Position numbers and translations under genes: made by a program. Below are positions 27,472 through 37,112 of a DNA stretch of 64,000 nt, one piece after another. This stretch comes from Chitinophaga pinensis (GTDB taxonomy: Bacteria > Bacteroidota > Bacteroidia > Chitinophagales > Chitinophagaceae). Each line of letters opens with the position of its first letter. Within the stretch, counting starts at the first letter, position 1. A model generated the notes under the pieces. That model saw only the letters and a list, made by a program, of their open reading frames with translations, did not search any database and was not told where the DNA came from. The DNA is taken from positions 157,858-221,857 of the forward strand of contig CALRVV010000004.1 of the NCBI GenBank assembly GCA_943371705.1, written 5' to 3'.

Positions 27472-30400
27472 ATGAAAAAATTATACTTTTTCTTTGTAAC
27501 ATTTTTTTTATTTGTGTCTGCCGGTTTTGGCCAGGCAGTAACTGTTACCAATCCTGCCAATACAACTCCTAACCTGGCAGCATCTTATACTTCCCTTGCC
27601 AATGCCATAACAGCATTGAGTGGTATTACTGGTATCAGCGGGCCGGTTACCATTACACTCAATGCAGGTAACCCCGAAACAGCCCCGGCTGGTGGCTATG
27701 TGATACAGTTTACAGCTGCTACATCGGCCATAAATAATATTACTATAGAAGGCAGTGGTAATACCATTACTGCTTTTACTCCCCAGCCTGCCGGTAATTA
27801 TAACAATGGTATTTTTAAATTGATTGGTGCTGATTATATAACCCTGCAGAATTTTACCATGCAGGAGAATGCAGCTAATACCACTACGGATAACGCAACC
27901 AATAATATGACCGAATGGGGTGTTGCATTGTTACATAGTTCTGTAACTAACGGGGCGCAGCATAATAGCATTCTAAACAATACCATATCGCTTAACAGGA
28001 CTTACCAGAATACATTTGGTATTTATAGCAATACCCGGCATTCGGCAACAAGTGTCGTTATAGCAGAATCCATATCCAGTTTTGCAGGCTCAAATTCTTA
28101 TAACAGGGTGTATAACAACCATATCAGTAATATTGGTTATGGCATTGTTTTTATCGGATCTGTAACTGCTGCTTTTATGGATGATGGAAATGATATTGGA
28201 GGCAGTTCGGCAACAACAGGAAATACCATTAGCAACTGGGGGCGCATTAACACTGCCATAGTTAGTTATATAGATGTTACAACAAGTAGTTTCTGTGTTC
28301 AGGCAAATCACCAGATCAACGAAAATATTTCCTACAATACAATCACCAGTGCGGTTGTTTCGGGTGGTAGTTTTGCGCTTGGAGGTATCTTAAAAAACTA
28401 TTCCGTTCTTCCATCTTCCGGTGTCTGTACCGCATCAATCACTAATAATACCATTACGCTTTCCAACTCCAACACATCGGGTAGTATGAATGGCATTCTT
28501 AGTCAGGGCTCCATTAATACTTCATTAACAATCAATCTTAATAATAATTCAATCATAAACTGCAGTGTAAATTTAGGAATAAGCAGCAGTTCTTTTACAG
28601 CCATAACCAATTCGATGGCATGCGGCGTATTAAATATCAATAACAATATAACCCGTGGGTTTACCAATCCATCAGCTACAGGAGGTTTTACCGGGTTTAG
28701 CAATACCGGCGCTGTAACTACCACCATCAATATAAATAATAACCAGGTTGGTAATGCAGCAGGTGGGGCAGCTACATTTAACAGTACCATTTCAACCAGT
28801 ATAACTGCTATTGCGAATACTGCTGGTGCTGCTACTGCCACAGTTAATCTCAATAATAATTCGATTGATGGGTTTGCTATTGTAAGCAGCTTTCAAATCT
28901 TTTTTATACAAAACACAGCCGGAGGCGTTGCTGCGGTAAATATGAACAATAACCAGCTGGGTACTGCAACAGGCTCTTTGATCAGTTTCAGCGGAGTTCA
29001 GAGTAGTGCCTTATCGGGTTTATATAATCCAAATGGCAATGCAGCCATGGCCATTTCCATACAGAATAATGATATCAGGGGAATCGTTAATACGCTTACC
29101 GGTACAGGAACCCAGCAGTATATAAACAGCCAGGCCCCTGTTCTATCAAGCAACATCAGTAATAATTCATTTACCAACCTGGTTATAAATTCAAGCAGTA
29201 GTGTTTACCTGATATTGAAAGGAGGCGCCATGGCTTCAGGCGCCAGTTCTATTGTAAGCAATAACAGTATTGTTGGCAGCTTTAGTAAAACAGCCTCTGG
29301 CAGTAGTGTGCGTGGGTATTATTCAACAGGTGCTTCTGTAAGTGGTTCTGCTGTAACTATCACCAACAATAATTTCTCAAATCTTACTGTTACAGGCAGT
29401 ACTTTTTTTGTTGGAATAGAAGATTCAGATGGAGCCTCTGGTTTAAACGGCCCTGCCAAAACAATTTCGGCAAATACCATCAGCAACATAAACATGGGAA
29501 CTGGTGGGTTTTACGGTTTGCAGTTGTCGTTAGGGGATAATATTAACATTAGTTTAAACAACATCACTAATGTAACCGGTTCTGGTAGAACATACGGGAT
29601 ATATCTTGGCACCGTTTTAGGGTTGCTGGAAATAGCTTACAATACCATCAGTTCATTAAGCTCTTCTGGGCAAGAGCTTTGGGGCATAGTGCAGGTTGGC
29701 GGCGCTAGCATCAAACCTCCTGTCAACAATGTTATTCATCACAATAGTATAACTGGTCTGTCAGGAGGGTTAGGCAATAGTAGTATATTTGGTATATTTA
29801 TACAAGACTTTGAAATATTAAATATTTATGACAACGATATTAACAACTTTACGGCAACAGGAATGAGCCAAATTTGTGGTATGCAGTTTAGCCACTATTA
29901 TCGCATTGGAACCACGCTAAATGTTTACAGGAACAATATACATAATCTGGAGGGGAGTAATACTAATTCCCGTATAAAAGGCATGTATTTAGCAATATCA
30001 GTTACTACAGTTAATGTGTATAACAATTTTATCAGCGAGCTGAAAGCTCCCAATGCCAATTCAAGTGATGCTATAATTGGTGTATATGTTTTTACCAGTC
30101 TTATAACGACTAACAACCTTTACAATAATTCCATTTATCTCAATGCTTCATCATCCGGTACCAATTTTGGCAGTGCTGGTATTTATCATTATGCCAATGC
30201 AGATCCCACAGTAAATGTTTTGAAAATGGTTAATAATATTGTTGTAAACACATCAACTGCAAATGGTACCGGTGCTACTGTTGCTTTTTGGCGAGAGGGT
30301 GCGGCACTTAACAATTATGCTGCCACATCCAATTATAATTTATTTTATGCAGGTACACCGGGTGTAAAAAACCTGATCTATTACGACTATACCAACAGCG

Positions 30401-31746
30401 ATCAAACACTGGCTGCCTACCAGGCAAGGGTTAGCCCAAGAGATGCAAATTCAATAAGCATGATGCCTGTTTTTACTTCGGCTACCAACTTGCATTTAAC
30501 CCCCAACAATTGTGCACTTGACAACAAAGGAACTCCCATTGCAGGTATTACCAACGATATAGATTTGGATACAAGAAGTACTACGGTTCCTGATATTGGT
30601 GCTGATGAATTTGATGCGTATAATGTGGGTGTATTAGCAGGTGTTGTAAGTACAGCAGTGTGTTCTAACAAAGCAGTTGTTAATACCGGAACAATCTATA
30701 CTGATGCCAGTTGTAATCTGATAGCAAATGTATTACCATCCGGCGGTGATCCGGTTGCGGGTGTAATAAATACCTGCGTTACGATGGACGCATCGCAACT
30801 ATTTTTTAATGGCGATCCTTATGTACAGCGCCATTATGATATTGAGCCGGTTATCAGTAATCAAACCACCACTTCGGCAACCATTACTATGTACTTTACC
30901 GATGCAGAGTTTGCATTGTATAATACCAATAACAGTGCTACCTGGCCTCTTTTACCAACAATTGCAAGCGGTGGAAATGCCAGCCCGTTCCTGGGAAATG
31001 TAAGAGTTACCCAGTTTCATGGAACACCTACCGGTGGTTTGCCAACATCAACTCCCGGTAATTATACAGGAGTAAGGGTTTCTTTGTTACCAGTAAGTGT
31101 AGTATTAACCGGAAGCATTTGGGCAGTAACGGTAAATGTTGCGGGCTTTAGTGGTTTTTATGTTCATACTAACCTTTGGTTTGTGCCGTTACCTATTGTT
31201 GTAAACTACCTTACCGGCCGCAAACAGGGCAGCAACCATTTGCTAAACTGGAAAGTAACCTGTGTCAGTTCGCCACGTGCAACTATGATGTTGGAACGAA
31301 GTGCAGACTCACGCAACTTCACCGGCATTAATACCATTACGGCCGATGCAGCAAGATGTAACCAGCCATTTGATTATACCGATGCACAACCTTTGAAAGG
31401 CATGAACTACTACCGCCTTAAAATTGTGGATGCAGATGGTAAAGTAACTTACAGCACCACCGTAGCATTAATAAATGCTGTTAAAGGATTTGATATGATC
31501 AGCATTGCACCCAACCCGGTTGTAAGGGATAATTTTAAACTGAATGTTGCCAGTGCACAGGCCGGTAAAATGGAGATCAGCATTTTTGATATGCAGGGCC
31601 GTTTGGTAAACAGGCAAACCCTTACGTTAATGGCCGGGTACAACAGTATGCCGGTAAATGTGGCAAACCTGGCGCCGGGCACCTACACCATAAAAAGCAG
31701 CATGGCCGGTGACCAATCTAAAATAATACGTTTTGTAAAACAATAG
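27472..31746 (+). CDS. Large T9SS type A cargo with Asn/Ser/Thr-rich parallel beta-helix repeats
   Basis: Signal peptide; many N.I.NN.I turns; PDIGADEF; PLPIVVNY domain; CTD IAPNPV...LAPGTY...RFVKQ. Confidence 0.88.
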   Translation: MKKLYFFFVTFFLFVSAGFGQAVTVTNPANTTPNLAASYTSLANAITALSGITGISGPVTITLNAGNPETAPAGGYVIQFTAATSAINNITIEGSGNTITAFTPQPAGNYNNGIFKLIGADYITLQNFTMQENAANTTTDNATNNMTEWGVALLHSSVTNGAQHNSILNNTISLNRTYQNTFGIYSNTRHSATSVVIAESISSFAGSNSYNRVYNNHISNIGYGIVFIGSVTAAFMDDGNDIGGSSATTGNTISNWGRINTAIVSYIDVTTSSFCVQANHQINENISYNTITSAVVSGGSFALGGILKNYSVLPSSGVCTASITNNTITLSNSNTSGSMNGILSQGSINTSLTINLNNNSIINCSVNLGISSSSFTAITNSMACGVLNINNNITRGFTNPSATGGFTGFSNTGAVTTTININNNQVGNAAGGAATFNSTISTSITAIANTAGAATATVNLNNNSIDGFAIVSSFQIFFIQNTAGGVAAVNMNNNQLGTATGSLISFSGVQSSALSGLYNPNGNAAMAISIQNNDIRGIVNTLTGTGTQQYINSQAPVLSSNISNNSFTNLVINSSSSVYLILKGGAMASGASSIVSNNSIVGSFSKTASGSSVRGYYSTGASVSGSAVTITNNNFSNLTVTGSTFFVGIEDSDGASGLNGPAKTISANTISNINMGTGGFYGLQLSLGDNINISLNNITNVTGSGRTYGIYLGTVLGLLEIAYNTISSLSSSGQELWGIVQVGGASIKPPVNNVIHHNSITGLSGGLGNSSIFGIFIQDFEILNIYDNDINNFTATGMSQICGMQFSHYYRIGTTLNVYRNNIHNLEGSNTNSRIKGMYLAISVTTVNVYNNFISELKAPNANSSDAIIGVYVFTSLITTNNLYNNSIYLNASSSGTNFGSAGIYHYANADPTVNVLKMVNNIVVNTSTANGTGATVAFWREGAALNNYAATSNYNLFYAGTPGVKNLIYYDYTNSDQTLAAYQARVSPRDANSISMMPVFTSATNLHLTPNNCALDNKGTPIAGITNDIDLDTRSTTVPDIGADEFDAYNVGVLAGVVSTAVCSNKAVVNTGTIYTDASCNLIANVLPSGGDPVAGVINTCVTMDASQLFFNGDPYVQRHYDIEPVISNQTTTSATITMYFTDAEFALYNTNNSATWPLLPTIASGGNASPFLGNVRVTQFHGTPTGGLPTSTPGNYTGVRVSLLPVSVVLTGSIWAVTVNVAGFSGFYVHTNLWFVPLPIVVNYLTGRKQGSNHLLNWKVTCVSSPRATMMLERSADSRNFTGINTITADAARCNQPFDYTDAQPLKGMNYYRLKIVDADGKVTYSTTVALINAVKGFDMISIAPNPVVRDNFKLNVASAQAGKMEISIFDMQGRLVNRQTLTLMAGYNSMPVNVANLAPGTYTIKSSMAGDQSKIIRFVKQ

Positions 31747-31764
31747 TTATTAATCATTTAGTTT

Positions 31765-31802
31765 AAAAAACCCGGTTGAGATTAAAACCTCACCGGGCTT
31801 TT
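31765..31802 (+). terminator. Rho-independent terminator
   Basis: CCCGGTTGAG-loop-CTCACCGGG then CTTTT. Confidence 0.7.
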
Positions 31803-31983
31803 GTATTTTATGTGGAAATCTTAATGCATTATTAACTATATCGGGGTGCAACTATTTTTTGAAATCAGGTATCTTGCACAATATTCCGGCACCAATTTTG
31901 AACCCTGATAAAATACATACAAGCCTTTTTTAAACTTTTACAGCAATTGGTTAAAAAACCAGGGGCATTTTTTATTTAAAACC

Positions 31984-32001
31984 TCCCGATACTTATCGGG
32001 A
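31984..32001. repeat. 18-bp palindrome TCCCGATA-CT-TATCGGGA
   Basis: Family member of CCGATAGCTATCGG, 10 nt before ATG 32012. Confidence 0.7.
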
Positions 32002-32011
32002 TCAAAAACAG

Positions 32012-35000
32012 ATGATGAAGAAAATTTACGTGTTTATTTTTTTGATTTTAGGAAGTGTGGGGGTTTGGGGGCAACAGGTGATCGGCTCTTTTCCAACCAT
32101 GGATGGAGGGTTTGAAAGCCAGGTAGCCGGAAACCTTACAGGTACTACAATTTTACCTGGCGCTCAAAGAACAGACTGGACTGTACAAAGTACAACTGGT
32201 TCGAGGCTTATTACAACCACCGGCGGAAGATCCGGACCAAAATATGTAACATATGGTACTACAACTGCTACTGGAAGGCGTCTTCAAAGCCCTACTGCTG
32301 CGGATGCTGCTGTTGTAAATTTAACAGCATATACCATTCAATATTTTTATAAAACTGCCGGTGCAACAGGAGCTTCAAACGGACAGGCAGGAGCCTCACC
32401 AGATGGAACAAGTTTTCCAGGCACATATGTTGCTACAACTTTGGCCGGAACCAGTGGGGTCTGGACAAAATCTACTACAGCCGTTACTTCCGGAACTTCT
32501 GCAGCTAATCCAAAATATGGAGTTGGAGTAATACGATTTGGTAATATTTCAGGTGTGGACATTGACATAGATGATTTTGTGATGTACGCAGGTGCTGTAG
32601 ACAATGCCGCTCCAAACAGTGCCGGTACAGTTACGGTTAATAACCCAACCGGAACTACCCTGGATGTAAGCTGGCTTGCTGCCAGTGGTGGAGTAGATGG
32701 AGGAGGATATGTAGTGGTAAGATATGCCGTATTACCTGGTGCAACAGACGATCCTTTGCAAAACGGAATTTATGCAACAGGTAATTCCGTGCCTGGTGGA
32801 ATTTCCGGAACTGTTGTATATATTGGTACAGGTCTTGGTTTTACCGATGTTGGACTGGCTGGATCTACCACTTACTATTATAAAGTGTATACTGTTGATA
32901 AAGCATTTAATTATGCAGTTGAAAGTGAAGGCAATGGCACAACCACATCTGCAATTCCCGATATCGTTTTATCATCTCCCAACCCGGCTGTTCCGGCCGG
33001 AAATTTACCCCAGGGTACAAATAATAATGTGATATACCGTTTCGACCTGGCTGTAACAACAGCCGATGCTATATTAACCGGGTTAACCATAAGTACTTCA
33101 TTCACATATTTAACCGGCGACTTTACCAATTTTAAATGCTGGTATTCAAGCGATGCTGTTTTCAATCCCGGAACCGATGTATTGTTAGCAACCCACTTCC
33201 CCTTGATGCCTGGCACACAAACATTTCCACCTTTAACCAGCCAAACCATCACAAGCGGAACCACCGGCTATTATTTTATTACCGTAGACTTACCATGTAC
33301 TGCAGCACTTGGTAACACCATTACTGTTAACCCCTTAACTACCGCTGATATCAGTTTTGTAAGCGGCAATAAATCAGGAACTGCCTTTGCTGGTGGATTA
33401 CAAACCATTACTGCGGCAACCGTTTTTGATGTTACCGGTGCAGCTGCTTCTATAGGTAATACCCTGTCATCTGTAAGCTGGATTAGTCCAACAGGTTGTT
33501 ATGATGAAGTAATGATCGTAGCTGCTGCCGGTGCTACAAACAGCGGTACACCAACCGGCGACGGAACAGCGTATACCGCTGCGCTCAGTTATGGTGCCGG
33601 TACTGCATTAGGTAACGGATTTGTAGTGTATAAAGGCCCATCTTCTTCGCCGCAGGTTGTTAACACCCTGGTTAACGGAACAACATACTATTTTAAAATT
33701 TATACCCGTTTTGGAACTACCTGGAGTTCGGGTGTGGAGGTAAATGCAACTCCGGATTTTATTACCAATCCAACCGATTATTTCCGGTCGGTGGCCAACG
33801 GTAGCTGGGCAACACTGGCAACCTGGCAAAGTTCGGTTGATAGTGTAAGCTGGATAGCTGCCACTGTTGTACCCGGAGCCACTGCTGCACACGTAGTGAT
33901 ACAAAACCCGGATTCTGTTTGGTTAGATGCAAACAGAACAACTGCAAACCTGACCATCATGTCGGGGGCAATTATGAATGCACTTACCTTTACCATGACA
34001 GCAACCCTGCGGTTTAATTTACTGGGCACTGCTACTTATTACCAGGGTGGTACGGTTACAACAGTACCCGGTTTATTAGGTAATCAGGTTCTGGCAACTA
34101 CCAGTAACTATCGTTATAACGGAACACAGGCAGGTACTTCAGCAGCACTTCCGGAATACGGAAACCTGTTTTGGGAACCTACAGCCAGTGGGGCCGGTAC
34201 ATTTGTGAATAATAATGCATCAGCCCCATTCAATAATGGATTGGTGGTACGTGGAAATATGACCATCAATATACAGGGAGGCACCGTAAGAGAAATAAGG
34301 TTTGCTACCGGGTCGTCAATTTCCCGGATACATACGATTGATGGTAACCTGAATATCATCAGTGCTGTTTCAACAGTGGTTGTTCAAAACGGTAGTAATG
34401 CCGTTACCAGTATAGTAAACATAGGCGGTGATATAAATATCAGTGCAGGCATATTGCAGGGCACCAGTACAACTGCGGCTACAACCGGCAGTGGTATATT
34501 AAACTTAAGAGGTAACATAAATAATACCGGTGGTACCATACAAACCGGTAACAGTACAGCTGGTTTATTTAGCCTTAATTATGTTGGTATTGTGCCCCAA
34601 AACATAAACAGTACCGGAGGAACATATACTTTTACTGCCAATCAACGCGATTCCATAAACAATGCCGGCAATGGCGTTACATTGAATACGCCTATTACGC
34701 ATAATGGCACCATTAACTTTTTATCGGGTAATATCAACACCACCAATGTTAACCTGTTAATATTAGGTGCTACGGCTACGGTATTAAATGCATCCAATGC
34801 CAGTTTTGTAAACGGGCCGGTTTCTAAAATCGGTAATACCTTATTTACTTTCCCGGTTGGTAAAACAGATTGCGGCCCAGGCAATACGGTTAGCGGATAT
34901 GCACCTATTGCCATTTCGGCGCCGGCAACCGCTACCGACCAGTTTACGGCCGAATATGTGCACAGCAGCGGCCATGCATTAGGAACCATTACTGCCCTTG

Positions 35001-35848
35001 GCCTTGAAAAGGTTAGTGCCTGCGATTACTGGAACCTTAACCAGGTATCGGGCGCCAATACACTTAATGTGACCCTCAACTGGAATGCAGCGGTAAATAA
35101 TTGCACCACTGCATCGGCTTATGTTGATGATCTGCCTGCATTGGTGGTGGCACATTTTGACGGACTCAACTGGGATGCATTTGGAGCTCCGGGCACGGCC
35201 ACAGGAACCCCTGCAGCCGGTGATGTTACCTGGCCAAATGTGAGTACATTCAGTCCCTTTGCCATAGGCAGTATTAGTTTCAATAATCCTTTGCCCATCA
35301 CCATCAATTATTTTAATGGTACCAGAAGTAACGGAAACCATTTACTGAACTGGAAAGTTACCTGTGTAAGCACACCCAGTGCCACCATTGAAATGGAACG
35401 CAGTACCGATGGAAGAAACTACAACAGCATCTACAGCATTTTTGCAACTGCTGTTCGCTGCGAGCAGCCGTTTACCCATACAGATAACCAGCCGGCAAAA
35501 GGCATTAATTATTACCGCATTAAAATGACCGGTGCTGATGGCAAAATAACCTACAGCACGGTGGTTACTTTGATCAATGCCGTAAAAGGAATTGATGTGA
35601 TGAACATTGCGCCAAACCCGATCGTGAACGGCCGGTTTAATTTAAAGATAAGCACCGCAGAAAAAACGCAGATGGAACTGGTGATCACCGATATGCAGGG
35701 CAGGGTATTGCAAAAGCAGTCTGCCAGCATGATAGCCGGCTTTAACCAATTGCCGGTGAACGTAAGAAACCTGGCAGCCGGTACGTACCAGCTGTTTGGC
35801 AATACAACCGATGGAAGAACAAGGGTATTAAGGTTTGTGATTCAATAA
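32012..35848 (+). CDS. Large T9SS type A cargo with fibronectin type III-like domains
   Basis: Signal peptide; TLDVSW...TTYYYKVY and TTYYFKIY Fn3-like repeats; PLPITINY domain; CTD RFVIQ. Confidence 0.88.
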   Translation: MMKKIYVFIFLILGSVGVWGQQVIGSFPTMDGGFESQVAGNLTGTTILPGAQRTDWTVQSTTGSRLITTTGGRSGPKYVTYGTTTATGRRLQSPTAADAAVVNLTAYTIQYFYKTAGATGASNGQAGASPDGTSFPGTYVATTLAGTSGVWTKSTTAVTSGTSAANPKYGVGVIRFGNISGVDIDIDDFVMYAGAVDNAAPNSAGTVTVNNPTGTTLDVSWLAASGGVDGGGYVVVRYAVLPGATDDPLQNGIYATGNSVPGGISGTVVYIGTGLGFTDVGLAGSTTYYYKVYTVDKAFNYAVESEGNGTTTSAIPDIVLSSPNPAVPAGNLPQGTNNNVIYRFDLAVTTADAILTGLTISTSFTYLTGDFTNFKCWYSSDAVFNPGTDVLLATHFPLMPGTQTFPPLTSQTITSGTTGYYFITVDLPCTAALGNTITVNPLTTADISFVSGNKSGTAFAGGLQTITAATVFDVTGAAASIGNTLSSVSWISPTGCYDEVMIVAAAGATNSGTPTGDGTAYTAALSYGAGTALGNGFVVYKGPSSSPQVVNTLVNGTTYYFKIYTRFGTTWSSGVEVNATPDFITNPTDYFRSVANGSWATLATWQSSVDSVSWIAATVVPGATAAHVVIQNPDSVWLDANRTTANLTIMSGAIMNALTFTMTATLRFNLLGTATYYQGGTVTTVPGLLGNQVLATTSNYRYNGTQAGTSAALPEYGNLFWEPTASGAGTFVNNNASAPFNNGLVVRGNMTINIQGGTVREIRFATGSSISRIHTIDGNLNIISAVSTVVVQNGSNAVTSIVNIGGDINISAGILQGTSTTAATTGSGILNLRGNINNTGGTIQTGNSTAGLFSLNYVGIVPQNINSTGGTYTFTANQRDSINNAGNGVTLNTPITHNGTINFLSGNINTTNVNLLILGATATVLNASNASFVNGPVSKIGNTLFTFPVGKTDCGPGNTVSGYAPIAISAPATATDQFTAEYVHSSGHALGTITALGLEKVSACDYWNLNQVSGANTLNVTLNWNAAVNNCTTASAYVDDLPALVVAHFDGLNWDAFGAPGTATGTPAAGDVTWPNVSTFSPFAIGSISFNNPLPITINYFNGTRSNGNHLLNWKVTCVSTPSATIEMERSTDGRNYNSIYSIFATAVRCEQPFTHTDNQPAKGINYYRIKMTGADGKITYSTVVTLINAVKGIDVMNIAPNPIVNGRFNLKISTAEKTQMELVITDMQGRVLQKQSASMIAGFNQLPVNVRNLAAGTYQLFGNTTDGRTRVLRFVIQ

Positions 35849-35866
35849 TACTGCATGAAATAATAT

Positions 35867-35900
35867 AAAAAAAGTGCTGCCCGCGGGCAGCACTTTTTTT
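35867..35900. terminator. Bidirectional terminator
   Basis: AAAAAAAGTGCTGCCC-gc-GGGCAGCACTTTTTTT inverted repeat. Confidence 0.85.
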
Positions 35901-35929
35901 ATTGCGGTTATGTACAATTTGCAGCACCT

Positions 35930-36037
35930 TATACCGACCATACATAATAAATAGTCAGGCAGTTTTTATGTCGGCATAATACCATCTAATATTTCAACGC
36001 AGTCCGTTGGACTACTTATGAAATAAAGATGGGATTA
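35930..36037. repeat. 108-bp double-hairpin dispersed element, copy A
   Basis: Aligns with 42617-42724 (inverted) and 58130-58250; contains AGTCC-gtt-GGACT. Confidence 0.85.
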
Positions 36038-36397
36038 ACCAGCTATATATTTTTTGATAACGATAAAAGCTATGATCATCAATAAAAGCAGGGTGACTAT
36101 GGTGATATACAGCCAGGGCTGGTCTTTCAGTTTTCGTTTTTCTTTTTTTGGTTTCTTTTTTTCTGTTTGTTTTTTCAGTTCACTGTTCAGTTGCTGTACC
36201 AGCAGGGAAAGGTCTTTTTTATTTTTAAAATTTTCCAGTCCTTCTATGGCATCGTTCATAAACTCATCATCGGCCATCTGCTTTTCCACTTCGTGGGCTT
36301 CTTCGGCAGTCAGGTTCTTATTCAGATAGTCAAGCAGTTTATCCTGCTCAATATCTTTGTTTAAATTAGATAGTATGTCTTTTAAATTGTCACTCAT
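36035..36397 (-). CDS. Short single-pass membrane protein, putative anti-sigma factor
   Basis: LLDYL...EVEK...DAIEGL N-terminus, basic stretch, C-terminal TM helix; directly downstream of an ECF sigma gene. Confidence 0.65.
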   Translation of the reverse strand: MSDNLKDILSNLNKDIEQDKLLDYLNKNLTAEEAHEVEKQMADDEFMNDAIEGLENFKNKKDLSLLVQQLNSELKKQTEKKKPKKEKRKLKDQPWLYITIVTLLLLMIIAFIVIKKYIAG

Positions 36398-36404
36398 TGG
36401 TATA

Positions 36405-36432
36405 GTTCATTGTTCATAGTTGATGGTTCATA
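36405..36432. repeat. Heptamer tandem array, 4x GTTCATA-like
   Basis: GTTCATT GTTCATA GTTGATG GTTCATA. Confidence 0.7.
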
Positions 36433-36461
36433 GTTAAGCTCATTATCTTTTATCCCTTTCA

Positions 36462-36479
36462 TCCCGATAGCGATCGGAA
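36462..36479. repeat. 18-bp palindrome TCCCGATAGCGATCGGAA
   Basis: Variant of the CCGATAGCTATCGG palindrome. Confidence 0.7.
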
Positions 36480-36480
36480 G

Positions 36481-36515
36481 GCAATTGCTTATTGCCAATT
36501 GTCTATTGCTCATTG
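36481..36515. repeat. Heptamer tandem array, 5x NNNATTG
   Basis: GCAATTG CTTATTG CCAATTG TCTATTG CTCATTG, overlapping the sigma factor stop codon. Confidence 0.65.
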
Positions 36516-37078
36516 CCATTGCTCATTCGTTCCATGATTATTTTCAAATTACGTTTTCCATTTTGTATATGGCTTTTTACATGCATGATACTATAGCTGG
36601 TTTGCTCGGCAATTTCCTGGTAGCTTTTTTTCTCCAGGTAAAACAAAGTTACACATAGTTGCTGCTCTTTGTTGAGTTGCATCAGTGCCCCGGCCAGGTT
36701 ATCGAGTGTTTTATCTTTTTGAATATGCTGGCCGCTGCCGTCGGGTTCTGCCGGGGTACTCAGCGCCTGCTCATTGATCTCTGCATTAAACCTGCCTTTA
36801 TCACGCAATTGCATCAGGCAGTGATTTTTTGCGATCATGTATATCCAGCTTTTAAAATATTCCACTTTGTATTTATGCAGTTCATTAATGGCTTTCAGAA
36901 AAACCTGTTGAACGGCATCTTTTGATGCTTCTTCATTTTTCAGGTATTTCATGCAAACACCCAGCAGCAGCATGGTATAGCGTTCCAGTAAAATACCCAG
37001 CCACTCATTATCGTGGTCTGCATAAAACCGGTTCAGCAGTTCTGTATCGCTGGTATGCCTGTATTGACTGTTGTTCAA
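36503..37078 (-). CDS. ECF RNA polymerase sigma-70 factor
   Basis: DAVQQVFLK, FKSWIYMIAKNHCL (region 2); SYQEIAE...VKSHIQNGKRNL (region 4); TTG start. Confidence 0.92.
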   Translation of the reverse strand: MNNSQYRHTSDTELLNRFYADHDNEWLGILLERYTMLLLGVCMKYLKNEEASKDAVQQVFLKAINELHKYKVEYFKSWIYMIAKNHCLMQLRDKGRFNAEINEQALSTPAEPDGSGQHIQKDKTLDNLAGALMQLNKEQQLCVTLFYLEKKSYQEIAEQTSYSIMHVKSHIQNGKRNLKIIMERMSNGNEQ

Positions 37079-37112
37079 AAGCCTGTTTTATTAATTAGAT
37101 TCAAAATAGGGA

